Origin: Gemmatimonadales bacterium
GTDB lineage: Bacteria; Gemmatimonadota; Gemmatimonadetes; Gemmatimonadales; GWC2-71-9
Length of the DNA: 64,000 bases
NCBI GenBank assembly: GCA_035637355.1
Contig: DASPXJ010000016.1
Location: 38,970-102,969, forward strand
Direction: 5' to 3'
This document shows, one piece after another, positions 42,401 to 54,408 of the stretch. Under the pieces are notes generated by a model, which saw nothing but the letters and a program-made list of their open reading frames with translations, was not told the origin of the DNA and did no database searches. Each line of letters begins with the position of its first letter. Position 1 is the stretch's first letter. The translations under genes and the position numbers were made by a program.

Positions 42401-45400
42401 TCCTGTAAGCTCCTGACGCTCCCGGTCCGGCTGCGGAGCGCAATGATCGCATCACACGCGGCACTCGCCGCGGACATGGTCGTGGTGTACGGCACCCGAT
42501 GCACCAGCGCGGCGCGCCGGATGGCGTAGTCATCCACCTGCGTGAACTTCCCCAGCGGCGTGTTGATCAGGAGCTGCACCTCCCCCGACACGATCAGATC
42601 GATCGCGTTGGGCCGCCCCTCGTGCACCTTCAGCACGCGCTCCGCCGGCACGCCACGGCCGCGGAGATAGCGTTCGGTCCCCTCCGTCGCCAGGATCCGG
42701 AACCCCAGCTCGTGGAAGCGGCGGGCGATCGGCAGCACCGTCGGCTTGTCGTGGTCATTCACCGTGACGAAGATCGTGCCCTCGAGCGGCAGGCTCCCTT
42801 CCACCGCGATCTGCGCCTTGGCGAACGCCATCCCGAAACTGTCGGCCAGCCCCATCGCTTCGCCGGTGGACCGCATTTCCGGACCCAACACTGTATCCAC
42901 GCCGGGCAGTTTCGTGAAGGGGAAGACTGCCTCCTTTACGGCCACCCCGGCGACGGGAAGCTCATCGGGAAGGCTCAAATCGTCCAGTGTCCTCCCGACG
43001 ATGACCGCCGCTGCGAGCTTTGCGAGGGGGACCCCGGTCGCTTTGCTGACAAACGGGACGGTTCGCGACGCCCGGGGGTTCACCTCGAGCACGTAGACGA
43101 CGCCGTTCTTGATCGCATACTGCACGTTGATCAGGCCGACGACTCCCAGGGCCCGGGCGAACTCCTGCGTGTGCCGGCGCATCTCCTCCACCTGGCGGTC
43201 GCCGATGAGGTACGGGGGCAGCACACAGGCCGAATCGCCGGAGTGCACGCCAGCGTCCTCGATGTGCTGCATCACCCCACCGATGACGCAGCGCTTGCCA
43301 TCGGCGATCGCGTCGACGTCCGCCTCGAACGCGTCTTCGAGGAAGCGATCGATGAGCACCGGGTGTTCCGGCGCGACCCGCGCGGCTTTCACGAAGTAGT
43401 CGCGGAGCGAGCCGTCGTCGTAGACGATCTCCATGGCCCGGCCACCCAGCACGTAGGAGGGACGCACCAGGACCGGATAGCCGATCCGCTGCGCCACGCC
43501 GACCGCTTCTTCCACGGACCGCGCGATGCCGTTGGGCGGCTGCGCGACACCGAGCCGGCGTGCCAGCTTCTCGAACCGTTCGCGATCCTCCGCGCTGTCG
43601 ATCGCGTCGGGGGAGGTGCCGAGGATCGGGATGCCGGCGGCCTCGAGCGGCTTGGTGAGTTGCAGCGGTGTCTGGCCGCCGAGCTGGACGACGACTCCTT
43701 TGGGGCGCTCCCAGCGCGTGATCTCCAGGACGTCCTCGAACGTGAGCGGCTCGAAGTACAGCTTGTCCGAGATGTCGAAGTCGGTCGAGACGGTCTCGGG
43801 GTTCGAGTTGATCATGATCGTCTTGAAGCCCAGCTCGCGGAACGCCAGCCCCGCGCGCACGCAGCAGTAATCGAACTCCACACCCTGGCCGATCCGGTTC
43901 GGGCCGCTGCCGAGGATCACGATGCCTTGCTCGCCGAACGGCTCGGACTCGTTCTCTTCGTCGTAGGACGAGTAGAGATAGGGCGTCGACGACGGGAACT
44001 CGCCGGCGCAGGTGTCCACGGTCTTGTAGACGGGATGAATCCCGAAGCTCCAGCGCTGCTCGCGAATCGCCGTCTCGGTAGTCGTGCGCAACCCGGCCAG
44101 CTGGCGGTCGGAGAAACCCAGCCGCTTCATCCGCTTGAGCTCCGGGGCGGTGACCTTCCCGAGCGCCGCGAAGGCGCGCTCGGCATCGACCAGCTCACGG
44201 AGTTGATAGAGGAACCAGGGGTCGATGCTTGAAGCCGCCGCGATCTCGTCGATGCTGAGTCCGGCGAGCAGCGCGTGCTTGATCTGGAAAATTCGCTCCG
44301 GTGTCGCGGTCCGCAGGGCGACGCGCAGATCTTCGGGCGACGCGCTCGTGAGCCGGTCGTCCTCCAGCGTCGCGCCGGTCACCCACCCCGGGCGGCCGAT
44401 TTCGAGCGCGCGCAGGCCTTTCTGGAACGCCTCTTTGAACGTGCGCCCGATCGCCATCGCTTCGCCGACCGACTTCATCTGCGTCGTCAGCCGGAAGTCC
44501 GCCCGCGGGAATTTCTCGAACGCGAAGCGCGGGACCTTCACCACCACATAATCCAGCACCGGTTCGAACGACGCAGGCGTGGTCTTGGTGATGTCGTTGG
44601 GCAGCTCGTCGAGCGTGTAGCCGACGGCGAGCTTCGTCCCGATGCGCGCAATCGGGAAGCCGGTCGCCTTCGACGCGAGCGCCGAGGAGCGCGACACGCG
44701 CGGATTCATCTCGATCACCAGCATGTCGCCGTCGGCGGGATTGACGGCGAACTGAATGTTGCACCCGCCCGCCTCGACGCCGATCTCGCGGATGATGGCG
44801 ATCGCGGCGTCGCGCATGCGTTGATACTCGCGATCGGTCAGCGTCATCGCCGGCGCCACCGTGATCGAGTCGCCCGTGTGCACGCCCATCGGATCGAGAT
44901 TCTCGATCGAGCACACGATCACGACGTTGTCGCGGCGGTCGCGCATCACCTCGAGCTCGAATTCCTTCCAACCGAGCACGCTGCGCTCGATCAGCGTCGA
45001 ATGCACGGGCGACAGCTGCAGCGCGCGCTCGACCATCTCTTCGAACTCGGCGCGGTTGTAGGCGACGCCGCCGCCGGTTCCGCCCAGGGTGTACGAGGGA
45101 CGGATGATCGCGGGATACCCCGCGTCCGCCACCGCGGCGAGCGCCCCCGCCACCGACGTCACCGTATGTCCCGCGGGCGTCGCCAGCCCGATGCGCTGCA
45201 TCGCGGCGCTGAACTCGGCACGGTCTTCGGCCATTTTGATCGCGCGCGCGTTGGCGCCGATCAGCTCGACGCCGTGCTGCTTGAGCGTGCCGTCGTTGGC
45301 CAGCGCCATCGCGACATTCAGCGCCGTCTGGCCGCCCATCGTGGGAAGCAGCGCGTCGGGTTTTTCGCGCTCGATGACCTTGCGCACCCAGTCGGGCGTC

Positions 45401-45589
45401 ACCGGCTCGATGTAGGTGCGGTCCGCGAGCTCCGGGTCCGTCATGATCGTCGCGGGATTCGAGTTCACCAGGATCACGGTGTACCCCTCTTCCTTGAGGG
45501 CCTTCACCGCCTGCGTCCCGGAGTAGTCGAACTCCGCCGCCTGGCCGATCACGATCGGTCCCGAGCCGAGCAGCAGGATGCGCTGTAAG

Positions 45590-45606
<17 letters not shown>
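42331..45606 (-). CDS. carB: Carbamoyl-phosphate synthase large subunit
   Basis: [33 protein letters not shown]..., duplicated ATP-grasp halves, and an MGS-like C-terminus. The start is ATG 45606; the ORF-track extension runs to 45726. Confidence 0.97.
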
Positions 45607-47761
<2,155 letters not shown>

Positions 47762-47763
<2 letters not shown>

Positions 47764-47791
47764 AAAAGGGGACCCGTTGGGTCCCCCTGGT
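47762..47791. terminator. Bidirectional intrinsic terminator between rpmB (+) and rplQ (-)
   Basis: Perfect 8-bp stem ggggaccc / gggtcccc (47768-47775 / 47779-47786) with a 3-nt loop. It is flanked by aaaaaa (T6 on the minus strand) and ctggttt on plus. Confidence 0.75.
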
Positions 47792-47816
47792 TTGGCTCGT
47801 CCCACCGCGCTCCGTT

Positions 47817-48173
47817 TCACTCACTCAATAGTTCGATCCGGGCTACGTCGGCGCCGTCGCCGACGCGATGGCCCAGTTTCACGATCCGCGTGTAGCCACC
47901 CGGACGCGCGGCAAACCGTTTGCCGATTTCGGCGAACAGCTTGGACGTGACGGCCCTGTCCTTGAGCCGCCGCTCGACGAGCCGGCGCGCGTGCAGATCA
48001 CCACGGCGCGCGAGCGTAATGAGCCGCTCCGCGAACGGGCGCAGCTCTTTCGCCTTCGCCTCGGTGGTCTGGATGCCGCCGTGCATGAAGAGGCTCGTCG
48101 CCATGTTGTTCAGCGTCGCCTTCTTGTGGCTCGACGTGCGCGACAGTTGCCGGCCCTTGGCGCGGTGGCGCAT
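47817..48173 (-). CDS. rplQ: 50S ribosomal protein L17
   Basis: MRHRAKGRQLSRTSSHKKA...GGYTRI.... Confidence 0.96.
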   Translation of the reverse strand: MRHRAKGRQLSRTSSHKKATLNNMATSLFMHGGIQTTEAKAKELRPFAERLITLARRGDLHARRLVERRLKDRAVTSKLFAEIGKRFAARPGGYTRIVKLGHRVGDGADVARIELLSE

Positions 48174-49240
48174 TACTCTTCCTCGGTCCCCGTCAGCTGC
48201 GCCAGGGGCGCGCTGCCCGGATCCACGATCCGGATGTCGCCGCCGGGCATCTCCTCCAGCTGCATCCCGAAGTTCAGGCCTTCGCGACGCAACAGCTCCG
48301 CAATCTCGCCGAGCGCCTTCTCGCCGACGTTCTTGACCTTGAGCAGGTCGTCTTCCTTGTAGCGGACCAGATCCCCCAGGGTGCGAATATTCGAGTTCTT
48401 GAGCGAGTTCACCGACCGCACCGACAATCCGGCGTCGTCGATGGCGCGGTTCAACACGTCGCGCAGCCGCCCGCCCTCGGATCCGCCATTGCCGGCTCCC
48501 CCCGGTTCGCCGGGGACGATCGGCACCTTGCCGAAGTCCACGAAGAAGCGGAAGTGCTCCTGGGCGAGCGCGGCGGCGTAGGCGACGGCGTCTTCGGGAG
48601 AAATCGTGCCGTTCGTCTCGACGGTCAGCGTCAGCCGGTCGTAGTCGGTGCGCTGTCCAACGCGCGTTTCCGCCACCGTGAAGTTCGCGCGCCGCACGGG
48701 ATTATAGATCGAGTCGATGCGCACCACGTCGACGGCGAGCGTGCGATCCACGGGGTGTTGCTCGGCTTCCACGTAGCCGCGGCCCTTGTTCACGTACAGC
48801 TCGCCCGCGATGTCGCGGTCGTCCTGCACGGTGAAGAGCAGCTGCTCGGGGTTCTGAATCGTGACGGCGCCGTGCGCCTCGAGGTCGCGGGCGTACACCG
48901 GACCCGCCTTGTCGACCTTGAACCGCAGCACGGCCTCGTCCACTTCGGGCGCGAGCACCAGCGTCAGCTGCTTCAGCCGCTGGATGATCTGATGCACGTC
49001 TTCGACGACGCCCGGAATGGTCTGATGCTCGTGCACGACGCCGTCGATGCGGAACGCCCAGACGGCGGCCCCGCGCAGCGACGAGAGCAGCAGCCGGCGC
49101 AGCGAATTGCCCAGCGTATAGCCGTAGCCCCGCTCCAGCGGCTGGAGCCGGAACTCGGCGGAATTCGGGTTGTCCTCGCGCTTGGTCATCTCGACCACGT
49201 GCGGCCGGACCAACCCCGTCAAATCAAGAGTCGTAATCAC
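48173..49240 (-). CDS. rpoA: DNA-directed RNA polymerase alpha subunit
   Basis: ...LERGYGYTLGNSLRR..., and C-terminal domain ...LSVRSVNSLKNSNIRTLGDLV.... Confidence 0.97.
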   Translation of the reverse strand: MITTLDLTGLVRPHVVEMTKREDNPNSAEFRLQPLERGYGYTLGNSLRRLLLSSLRGAAVWAFRIDGVVHEHQTIPGVVEDVHQIIQRLKQLTLVLAPEVDEAVLRFKVDKAGPVYARDLEAHGAVTIQNPEQLLFTVQDDRDIAGELYVNKGRGYVEAEQHPVDRTLAVDVVRIDSIYNPVRRANFTVAETRVGQRTDYDRLTLTVETNGTISPEDAVAYAAALAQEHFRFFVDFGKVPIVPGEPGGAGNGGSEGGRLRDVLNRAIDDAGLSVRSVNSLKNSNIRTLGDLVRYKEDDLLKVKNVGEKALGEIAELLRREGLNFGMQLEEMPGGDIRIVDPGSAPLAQLTGTEEE

Positions 49241-49872
49241 TTGGAATAGAGCTCGACGATTAACTGTTCTTGTGCCGCGATCGGGATGGCGTCGCGGGTG
49301 GGCCGCTCCGTCATCCTGCCCAGCACTTTGTCAGTGTCCACCTGGATCCACGAAACCGGTTGTCCGCGCCCAAACTGCTCGAGCGCGACCTTCACCAGCA
49401 CGAGCTCGCGGCTCGCATCGGCGACTTTGACTTCTTCGCCCAAACGCACGCGATAGGACGGAATGTCCAGCGTGCGTCCATTGACCTGGATGTGGCGATG
49501 CCGCACGAGCTGGCGCGCCTGCTTGCGCGAAGTCGCGAAGCCCATCCGGTACACCAGATTGTCCAGCCGGCTCTCCAGCGCGACCAGCAGCGCTTCACCC
49601 GTGACGCCCGGCTCTTTGAGCACGCGCTCGAAGATGTTCCGGAACTGCCGCTCGGAGAGGCCGTAAATCCGCTTCACCTTCTGCTTTTCGCGCAGCTGCT
49701 TCGCGTACTCCGAGGCTTTGCGGCGCCGGCCGGTCGACTGGCCATGCTGGCCCGGCGCGTAGGCGCGCCGCTCGACGGCGCACTTCTCGGTGAGGCAGCG
49801 CGTGCCCTTCAGAAACAGCTTCGTGCCCTCGCGGCGGCACAGCCTGCACACGGGACCGGTGTAGCGTGCCAT
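49237..49872 (-). CDS. rpsD: 30S ribosomal protein S4
   Basis: MARYTGPVCRLCRREG...LREKQKVKRIYG.... Confidence 0.97.
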   Translation of the reverse strand: MARYTGPVCRLCRREGTKLFLKGTRCLTEKCAVERRAYAPGQHGQSTGRRRKASEYAKQLREKQKVKRIYGLSERQFRNIFERVLKEPGVTGEALLVALESRLDNLVYRMGFATSRKQARQLVRHRHIQVNGRTLDIPSYRVRLGEEVKVADASRELVLVKVALEQFGRGQPVSWIQVDTDKVLGRMTERPTRDAIPIAAQEQLIVELYSK

Positions 49873-49875
49873 CCG

Positions 49876-50322
49876 TTACACCCGCCGTTTCTTGGGCGGC
49901 CGGCACCCGTTGTGCGGAATCGGGGTGACGTCGCGAATCGAGCGGATCTGCAGCCCGGCGCTGGCGAGTGCCTGAATGGCGGACTCGCGGCCGGAGCCGG
50001 GCCCCTGCACCCGCACGTGCACGCGCTTGACGCCCAGGTTCAACGCTTCGCGCGCCGCCTGCTCGGCCGCCACCGTCGCGGCGAACGGCGTCGACTTCTT
50101 GGAGCCCTTGAAGCCCGCTTTCCCCGAAGAGCCCCACGTAATCGCGTTGCCCTGCAGGTCGGTGATCGTGATGAGCGTGTTGTTGAACGTCGCGGTGACG
50201 TGCGCGATGCCCTCGGCTTCGACGACCTTCTTGGTGCGCTTGGCGCCACCGGCCGCACGAGCTGGTGCTGGCTTGGCGTCTGGTTTCGCGTCCGGTTTCG
50301 GGTCTGGTTTTGCGTCGGCCAT
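49876..50322 (-). CDS. rpsK: 30S ribosomal protein S11 with a (K-P-D-A/P) repeat N-terminal extension
   Basis: ...[17 protein letters not shown]...GSRKSTPFAA.... The N-terminus is [20 protein letters not shown]. Confidence 0.96.
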   Translation of the reverse strand: MADAKPDPKPDAKPDAKPAPARAAGGAKRTKKVVEAEGIAHVTATFNNTLITITDLQGNAITWGSSGKAGFKGSKKSTPFAATVAAEQAAREALNLGVKRVHVRVQGPGSGRESAIQALASAGLQIRSIRDVTPIPHNGCRPPKKRRV

Positions 50323-50328
50323 GTGCCT

Positions 50329-50712
50329 TTACTTTTTCAGGACGGGCTTCTTCTTGCCCGCGATGGCGCGCCGCGGTCCCTTCTTGGTGCGCGCATTGGT
50401 ATGGGTGCGCTGGCCGCGCACGGGCAGATTCTTGCGATGGCGACCGCCCCGATAGGTCCCGATGTCCATCAAGCGCTTGATGTTCATCGCGACTTCCGTG
50501 CGCAGCGCGCCTTCCACTTTATAGTCCCGCTCGATCACCTGCCGCAGGCGCGCCACCTCGGCGTCGCGCAGATCACGCACACGCGCGTCGGGGCTGATGC
50601 CCGTCTCGGCGAGAATGCGAATCGAGTTGCTGGGACCGATGCCGAAGATGTACGGAAGTGCGTACTGGATCTTTTTGTCGCGTGGCAAATCCACGCCTGC
50701 AATACGAGCCAT
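50329..50712 (-). CDS. rpsM: 30S ribosomal protein S13
   Basis: [26 protein letters not shown].... Confidence 0.97.
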   Translation of the reverse strand: MARIAGVDLPRDKKIQYALPYIFGIGPSNSIRILAETGISPDARVRDLRDAEVARLRQVIERDYKVEGALRTEVAMNIKRLMDIGTYRGGRHRKNLPVRGQRTHTNARTKKGPRRAIAGKKKPVLKK

Positions 50713-50720
50713 GCCTCTCC

Positions 50721-50837
50721 CTAACCCTGCCGCTGTTTATGCTTGGGGTTGCGTTTGCAGATCACGCGGATCACGCCCCGGCGCGTGACGACTTTGCAGT
50801 GCTCGCAGATGGGCCGCACGCTCGAACGTACCTTCAA
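50721..50837 (-). CDS. rpmJ: 50S ribosomal protein L36
   Basis: Hand translation gives (TTG)[41 protein letters not shown]. It is too short for the ORF track. GGAG lies 8 nt upstream of the TTG. Confidence 0.9.
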   Translation of the reverse strand: MKVRSSVRPICEHCKVVTRRGVIRVICKRNPKHKQRQG

Positions 50838-50879
50838 CAGGTTGCTCCGGAAAAGTAAAAAGTTCTGGTTGAGTCTTGA

Positions 50880-50908
50880 ACTATAGACGGGGTCGTAACT
50901 TCACGCAA
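50880..50908 (-). promoter_or_regulatory. Sigma-70-type promoter upstream of the rpmJ-rpsM-rpsK-rpsD-rpoA-rplQ operon
   Basis: The minus strand reads TTGCGT (50908-50903), a 17-nt spacer, then TATAGT (50885-50880). It lies ~40 nt upstream of the rpmJ start. Confidence 0.5.
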
Positions 50909-50917
50909 GGGGCGCGA

Positions 50918-51358
50918 TTACGGGGCGCTCCGCAGTTCCGCGAGACGCCATTGGCGGTCCAGCAAACGATAACCCAGATACAGCGTCTCACGTCGCAATT
51001 CGGCGGTTCCGGCCACGACGTACCGCCGGCTCAGCTCCACGAAGCCTTTCCCCGGCTCCACTTCGCGAATCGTCGTGACGTCGAGGCCCCGCTCCTCGGC
51101 AGGCCGGAAGTAGCGGCGCAACAGCGCGATTGCCTGCGATCGGCCGAGGGGGGATGACGGATCGGCACCCGGGAGCTGGAGCACGATGTTCGAGCTTTGC
51201 CCCACGAGGGCCTCCGCATCGTGCGCGGACCAGGCACGCTTCGCCCGGTCCGCCGCATCGAGCAGCGTGGCCTGGCCCTGTGCGCCGATCGTCAGCAGCG
51301 TCACCGCGCAGATCGAAAACCAGCGAGCCGTCCGCATAGGATCGATTAATACCCTCAA
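50918..51358 (-). CDS. Hypothetical exported protein (~146 aa); the fold is possibly NTF2/SnoaL-like, but that is a weak guess
   Basis: Signal-like N-terminus ...RTARWFSICAVTLLTIGAQG. TTG 51358 overlaps the pyrF TGA (TTGA). I recognise no catalytic motif. Confidence 0.6.
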   Translation of the reverse strand: MRVLIDPMRTARWFSICAVTLLTIGAQGQATLLDAADRAKRAWSAHDAEALVGQSSNIVLQLPGADPSSPLGRSQAIALLRRYFRPAEERGLDVTTIREVEPGKGFVELSRRYVVAGTAELRRETLYLGYRLLDRQWRLAELRSAP

Positions 51359-52047
51359 TCGAGCGCTTCGACGAGGCGCCGATACGCCGCCACCGGATCT
51401 GCGGCCGTCGTGATCGGCCGGCCGACGACCAGGTGCGTCGCGCCGCGGCGTACCGCTTCCGCCGGCTCGATCGTGCGAACCTGATCACCGGCCGCGTCGG
51501 CGGGCGCGCGAATGCCCGGCACCACGATCCAAGGCTCAGGACCCAGCGCTTCGCGCAACAGGCCGAGTTCCTGACCAGAGGCCACGACGCCGCGCAGTCC
51601 AGCCTGCAGCGCCGCTCGCGCCAGGCGTTCGGCCTCGAAGCCGACGTCGGGAACGCCCCGCCCCAACACGCCCTCGAGCTCGGCGGCGTCATGCGACGTC
51701 AGCACCGTGACGCCGACGACAGCGAGGTCCGGTCCCCCCCCCGCCCCCCCGGCGCGGGCCGCAGCCGTCAGCATCGCGCGTCCCCCCAGGCAGTGCACAG
51801 TGGTCATCGAGACACCGAGCTCGCGCGCCGCCGCCACCGCGCTCGCCACGATGCTGGGAATGTCGTGCCACTTGAGATCGAGGAATACGCGGACACCCCG
51901 CTGGGTGAACTCCTTGATGAGGGACGGGCCTTCGCGGCCAAACAGCACCGGTCCGATCTTCGCCCACCTGAGGCCGGGCAATCGTCCCGCCAGGGCGAGT
52001 GCCTCACGTCCGCTCGACACATCGAACGCGACGATCAGCTCAGCCAT
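51355..52047 (-). CDS. pyrF: Orotidine-5'-phosphate decarboxylase
   Basis: ...LIVAFDV..., ...FLDLKWHDIPSIV..., ...LVVGRPI.... Confidence 0.92.
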   Translation of the reverse strand: MAELIVAFDVSSGREALALAGRLPGLRWAKIGPVLFGREGPSLIKEFTQRGVRVFLDLKWHDIPSIVASAVAAARELGVSMTTVHCLGGRAMLTAAARAGGAGGGPDLAVVGVTVLTSHDAAELEGVLGRGVPDVGFEAERLARAALQAGLRGVVASGQELGLLREALGPEPWIVVPGIRAPADAAGDQVRTIEPAEAVRRGATHLVVGRPITTAADPVAAYRRLVEALD

Positions 52048-52879
52048 GCGTCAGCTCCCGCGCGATGCGCACCGGCGCCCGTGGATCGGCGAGCGCGGCA
52101 GTCCCGATCGCCACGAGCGAGGCGCCTGCGGCCAGGTACTCGCGCGCATCGGCGGCATTGCGAACGCCACCGACGCCAATGACGGGAATCCCCACGTGCT
52201 CGCGCACGCGCCGGGTGGCGAGGACACCGATCGGCAGCAGTGCCGGACCGCTCAAACCGCCGCTGCCGTTCCCGAGCCGCTTATCGAGCAATCCGGGCAT
52301 CGTATTCACCAGGCTGACCGCGTCCGCCCCTTCCTCGAGCGTCACGCGCGCCATCGCGGGAATGTCCGGGAGCACCGGGGAGAGCTTCACGCTGAGCGGC
52401 CGCGTAGACGCCCGGCGACAGGCGCGCACCAGCTCCGCCAGGCCTCGCGGCTCAGAGCCGAACTCGAGACCACCCGCACTCGTATTGGGGCATGACGCGT
52501 TGACCTCGAACGCGGTGATTCCTTCCAGCTCTGTGAGCCGCTCGATTACCTGCACGTAGTCGGCGACGCTCGCCCCCGCGACGTTCACGATGACGCGCGC
52601 CCGGCGCAAGCGCCGCGCCAGCCACGGCAGGTCGTGCTCGGCAACCTGCGCGACGCCCGGATTCGCGAGGCCAACGGCATTCAGCATGCCGCCACGGAAC
52701 TCGGCGACCCGCAGCGCGGGATGGCCCTGACGCGGTTCCGGTGTGACGGCCTTCGTGACAATGCCGCCGAGCAGGTCGAGATCGATGACGCGATCGAGCT
52801 CCCGGCCGAAGCCGGCGGTCCCAGCAGCAAGCAGAATCGGATTTTGGAAATCGGTCCCGAAAAGATTCGCCGCACTCAC
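52040..52879 (-). CDS. pyrD: Dihydroorotate dehydrogenase (family 1 catalytic subunit)
   Basis: ...FQNPILLAAGTAGFG..., ...GGIVTKAVT..., ...NASCPNT..., ...SGPALLP..., ...IGVGGV.... GTG 52879 overlaps the upstream TGA. The ORF-track extension runs to 53014. Confidence 0.9.
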   Translation of the reverse strand: MSAANLFGTDFQNPILLAAGTAGFGRELDRVIDLDLLGGIVTKAVTPEPRQGHPALRVAEFRGGMLNAVGLANPGVAQVAEHDLPWLARRLRRARVIVNVAGASVADYVQVIERLTELEGITAFEVNASCPNTSAGGLEFGSEPRGLAELVRACRRASTRPLSVKLSPVLPDIPAMARVTLEEGADAVSLVNTMPGLLDKRLGNGSGGLSGPALLPIGVLATRRVREHVGIPVIGVGGVRNAADAREYLAAGASLVAIGTAALADPRAPVRIARELTHG

Positions 52880-54408
52880 GGGCGCTCCGGCAGCTTCGGC
52901 CGGTCGCGATCGGGTGCGGGACGCGCTCCCCCCGGTGGTGGACGCGGCTGACCGCGCGCTGGACGCGCAGCCCCCCCCCTCACCGGCGCACGCTGTTCCG
53001 GTTCGTCGAGCCACGGACCCCGAGGACCCGGAATCGGAGCGTCAAAGCGCGCTCCGGAGGGAGCGGTTGTGCTCTGCGCGAATTGCACGCCGAGCTCGCG
53101 CGCGAGGGAGTCCTCCGCCGCCGCGTAGGCGACGCTTGGCTCTCCATGGAACACTCGCGTATAGGGCGACGCGGCGTAGCGCGTGTCCAAGACCCGCGCA
53201 ATCGAATCACGGCGGTCGGGCAGGAGCGCGAGCGCCGCCACCAGCGCTTTGGGTGCGTAGAGCGAGCCGGTATCTCCGGCAGTCACATCGAGGAAGAGCT
53301 GGCCGGCGAGCGCAGGAGCACCCAGCGAATCGCGCGCCAGCTCAGCCATGCGAAAGCGCATGCCCGGCGTCTCGGGGACCGGGATGACGGCGGTGACGAG
53401 ATCGAGCCAGCGCTTCGCCGCCGCGCCGCCGGCAGAGACGCGCTGGAGCCGCGCCAGCTCAGCCGCGACCGGCGCCAAGTCACTGCGGCCGGTCGCCCGC
53501 GCGATCACGACGCGTTGCTGACCAACGAGCGCCATTCCCGCCTCGGCCGTCTCGACCGGCGCGATGTCGACCGCGCGTCGATACCGCGCCGCTGCCGCGT
53601 CGTAGTCGGCGTGCGCGAGGCGACGCTCGGCGTCCGCGATCAGCAGCTTGGCCTGCTCCGTGGGCGGCAAGCGGACGCGCCCGAGCATGCGATCCAGCGC
53701 CGCGGACGCCGCTTCGGGCCCCCCCCCTCCCCCCCCTCCCCCCCCACCGCCGGTCGCGGCAAACTGGGCGAGAAGATCCATCCGATCGGACTCGAATCGT
53801 GAACTGTTGTCGAGCGCGTTGAGCGCGGTCGTCGCGTCGGCCGGTCGCCCGGCCAACAGGTGCGCGCGCACCAGCGCGGGAAGGGCCGCCGGCTCACGCG
53901 ATCGTTCGAAATGCTTCACGGCAGCGTCATAATCGAACTGCTGCACCGCCGCCTCCCCCGCCAAGTACTCGGCGCGCGAGCGGCGGCCGCCGTCTTTGGA
54001 CGCGAGCGGCAGCGCCAGCGCCGCGGCGGCCTGCTGCGGATGGCGTGCGGCGAGCGCGCACTGGGCCGTGGCGAGCTCCACCCGCTCCCGCAGCGCCGGC
54101 TCCTTGACACTCGTGTCTGCTCGCGCGATTGGCTCGGCGGCATCCTGGCACTGACCGGATCGGGCCATCCCCTCGACCTGCAGAACCAGCGCGTCGTCTG
54201 CCCAACGGCTGCGTGGATGACGCTGCACGACCGCTTCGGCTTTGGCGGCGGCAAGCGCCCATTGGGCGCGCGCTTCGGAGACTTGCCCGCGCTCCTCGAG
54301 GTGCCGCGCATCCGAGGCATAATGCTCGGCACTCCACATGGCGTTATAGTAGGCACAACCCGCCAGCGACCAGATCAGAGTCAATGCGCTCCAGCGCCGG
54401 CCGGTCAT
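52876..54408 (-). CDS. Helical-repeat (TPR-like) lipoprotein with an internal 11-Gly run and an Arg/Pro-rich tail; function unknown
   Basis: MTGRRWSALTLIWSLAGC lipobox. The body is Ala/Arg-rich helical repeat. The Gly run is encoded by G8-A-G8-A-G9 (minus strand, 53719-53745). Confidence 0.7.
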   Translation of the reverse strand: MTGRRWSALTLIWSLAGCAYYNAMWSAEHYASDARHLEERGQVSEARAQWALAAAKAEAVVQRHPRSRWADDALVLQVEGMARSGQCQDAAEPIARADTSVKEPALRERVELATAQCALAARHPQQAAAALALPLASKDGGRRSRAEYLAGEAAVQQFDYDAAVKHFERSREPAALPALVRAHLLAGRPADATTALNALDNSSRFESDRMDLLAQFAATGGGGGGGGGGGPEAASAALDRMLGRVRLPPTEQAKLLIADAERRLAHADYDAAAARYRRAVDIAPVETAEAGMALVGQQRVVIARATGRSDLAPVAAELARLQRVSAGGAAAKRWLDLVTAVIPVPETPGMRFRMAELARDSLGAPALAGQLFLDVTAGDTGSLYAPKALVAALALLPDRRDSIARVLDTRYAASPYTRVFHGEPSVAYAAAEDSLARELGVQFAQSTTAPSGARFDAPIPGPRGPWLDEPEQRAPVRGGAARPARGQPRPPPGGARPAPDRDRPKLPERP

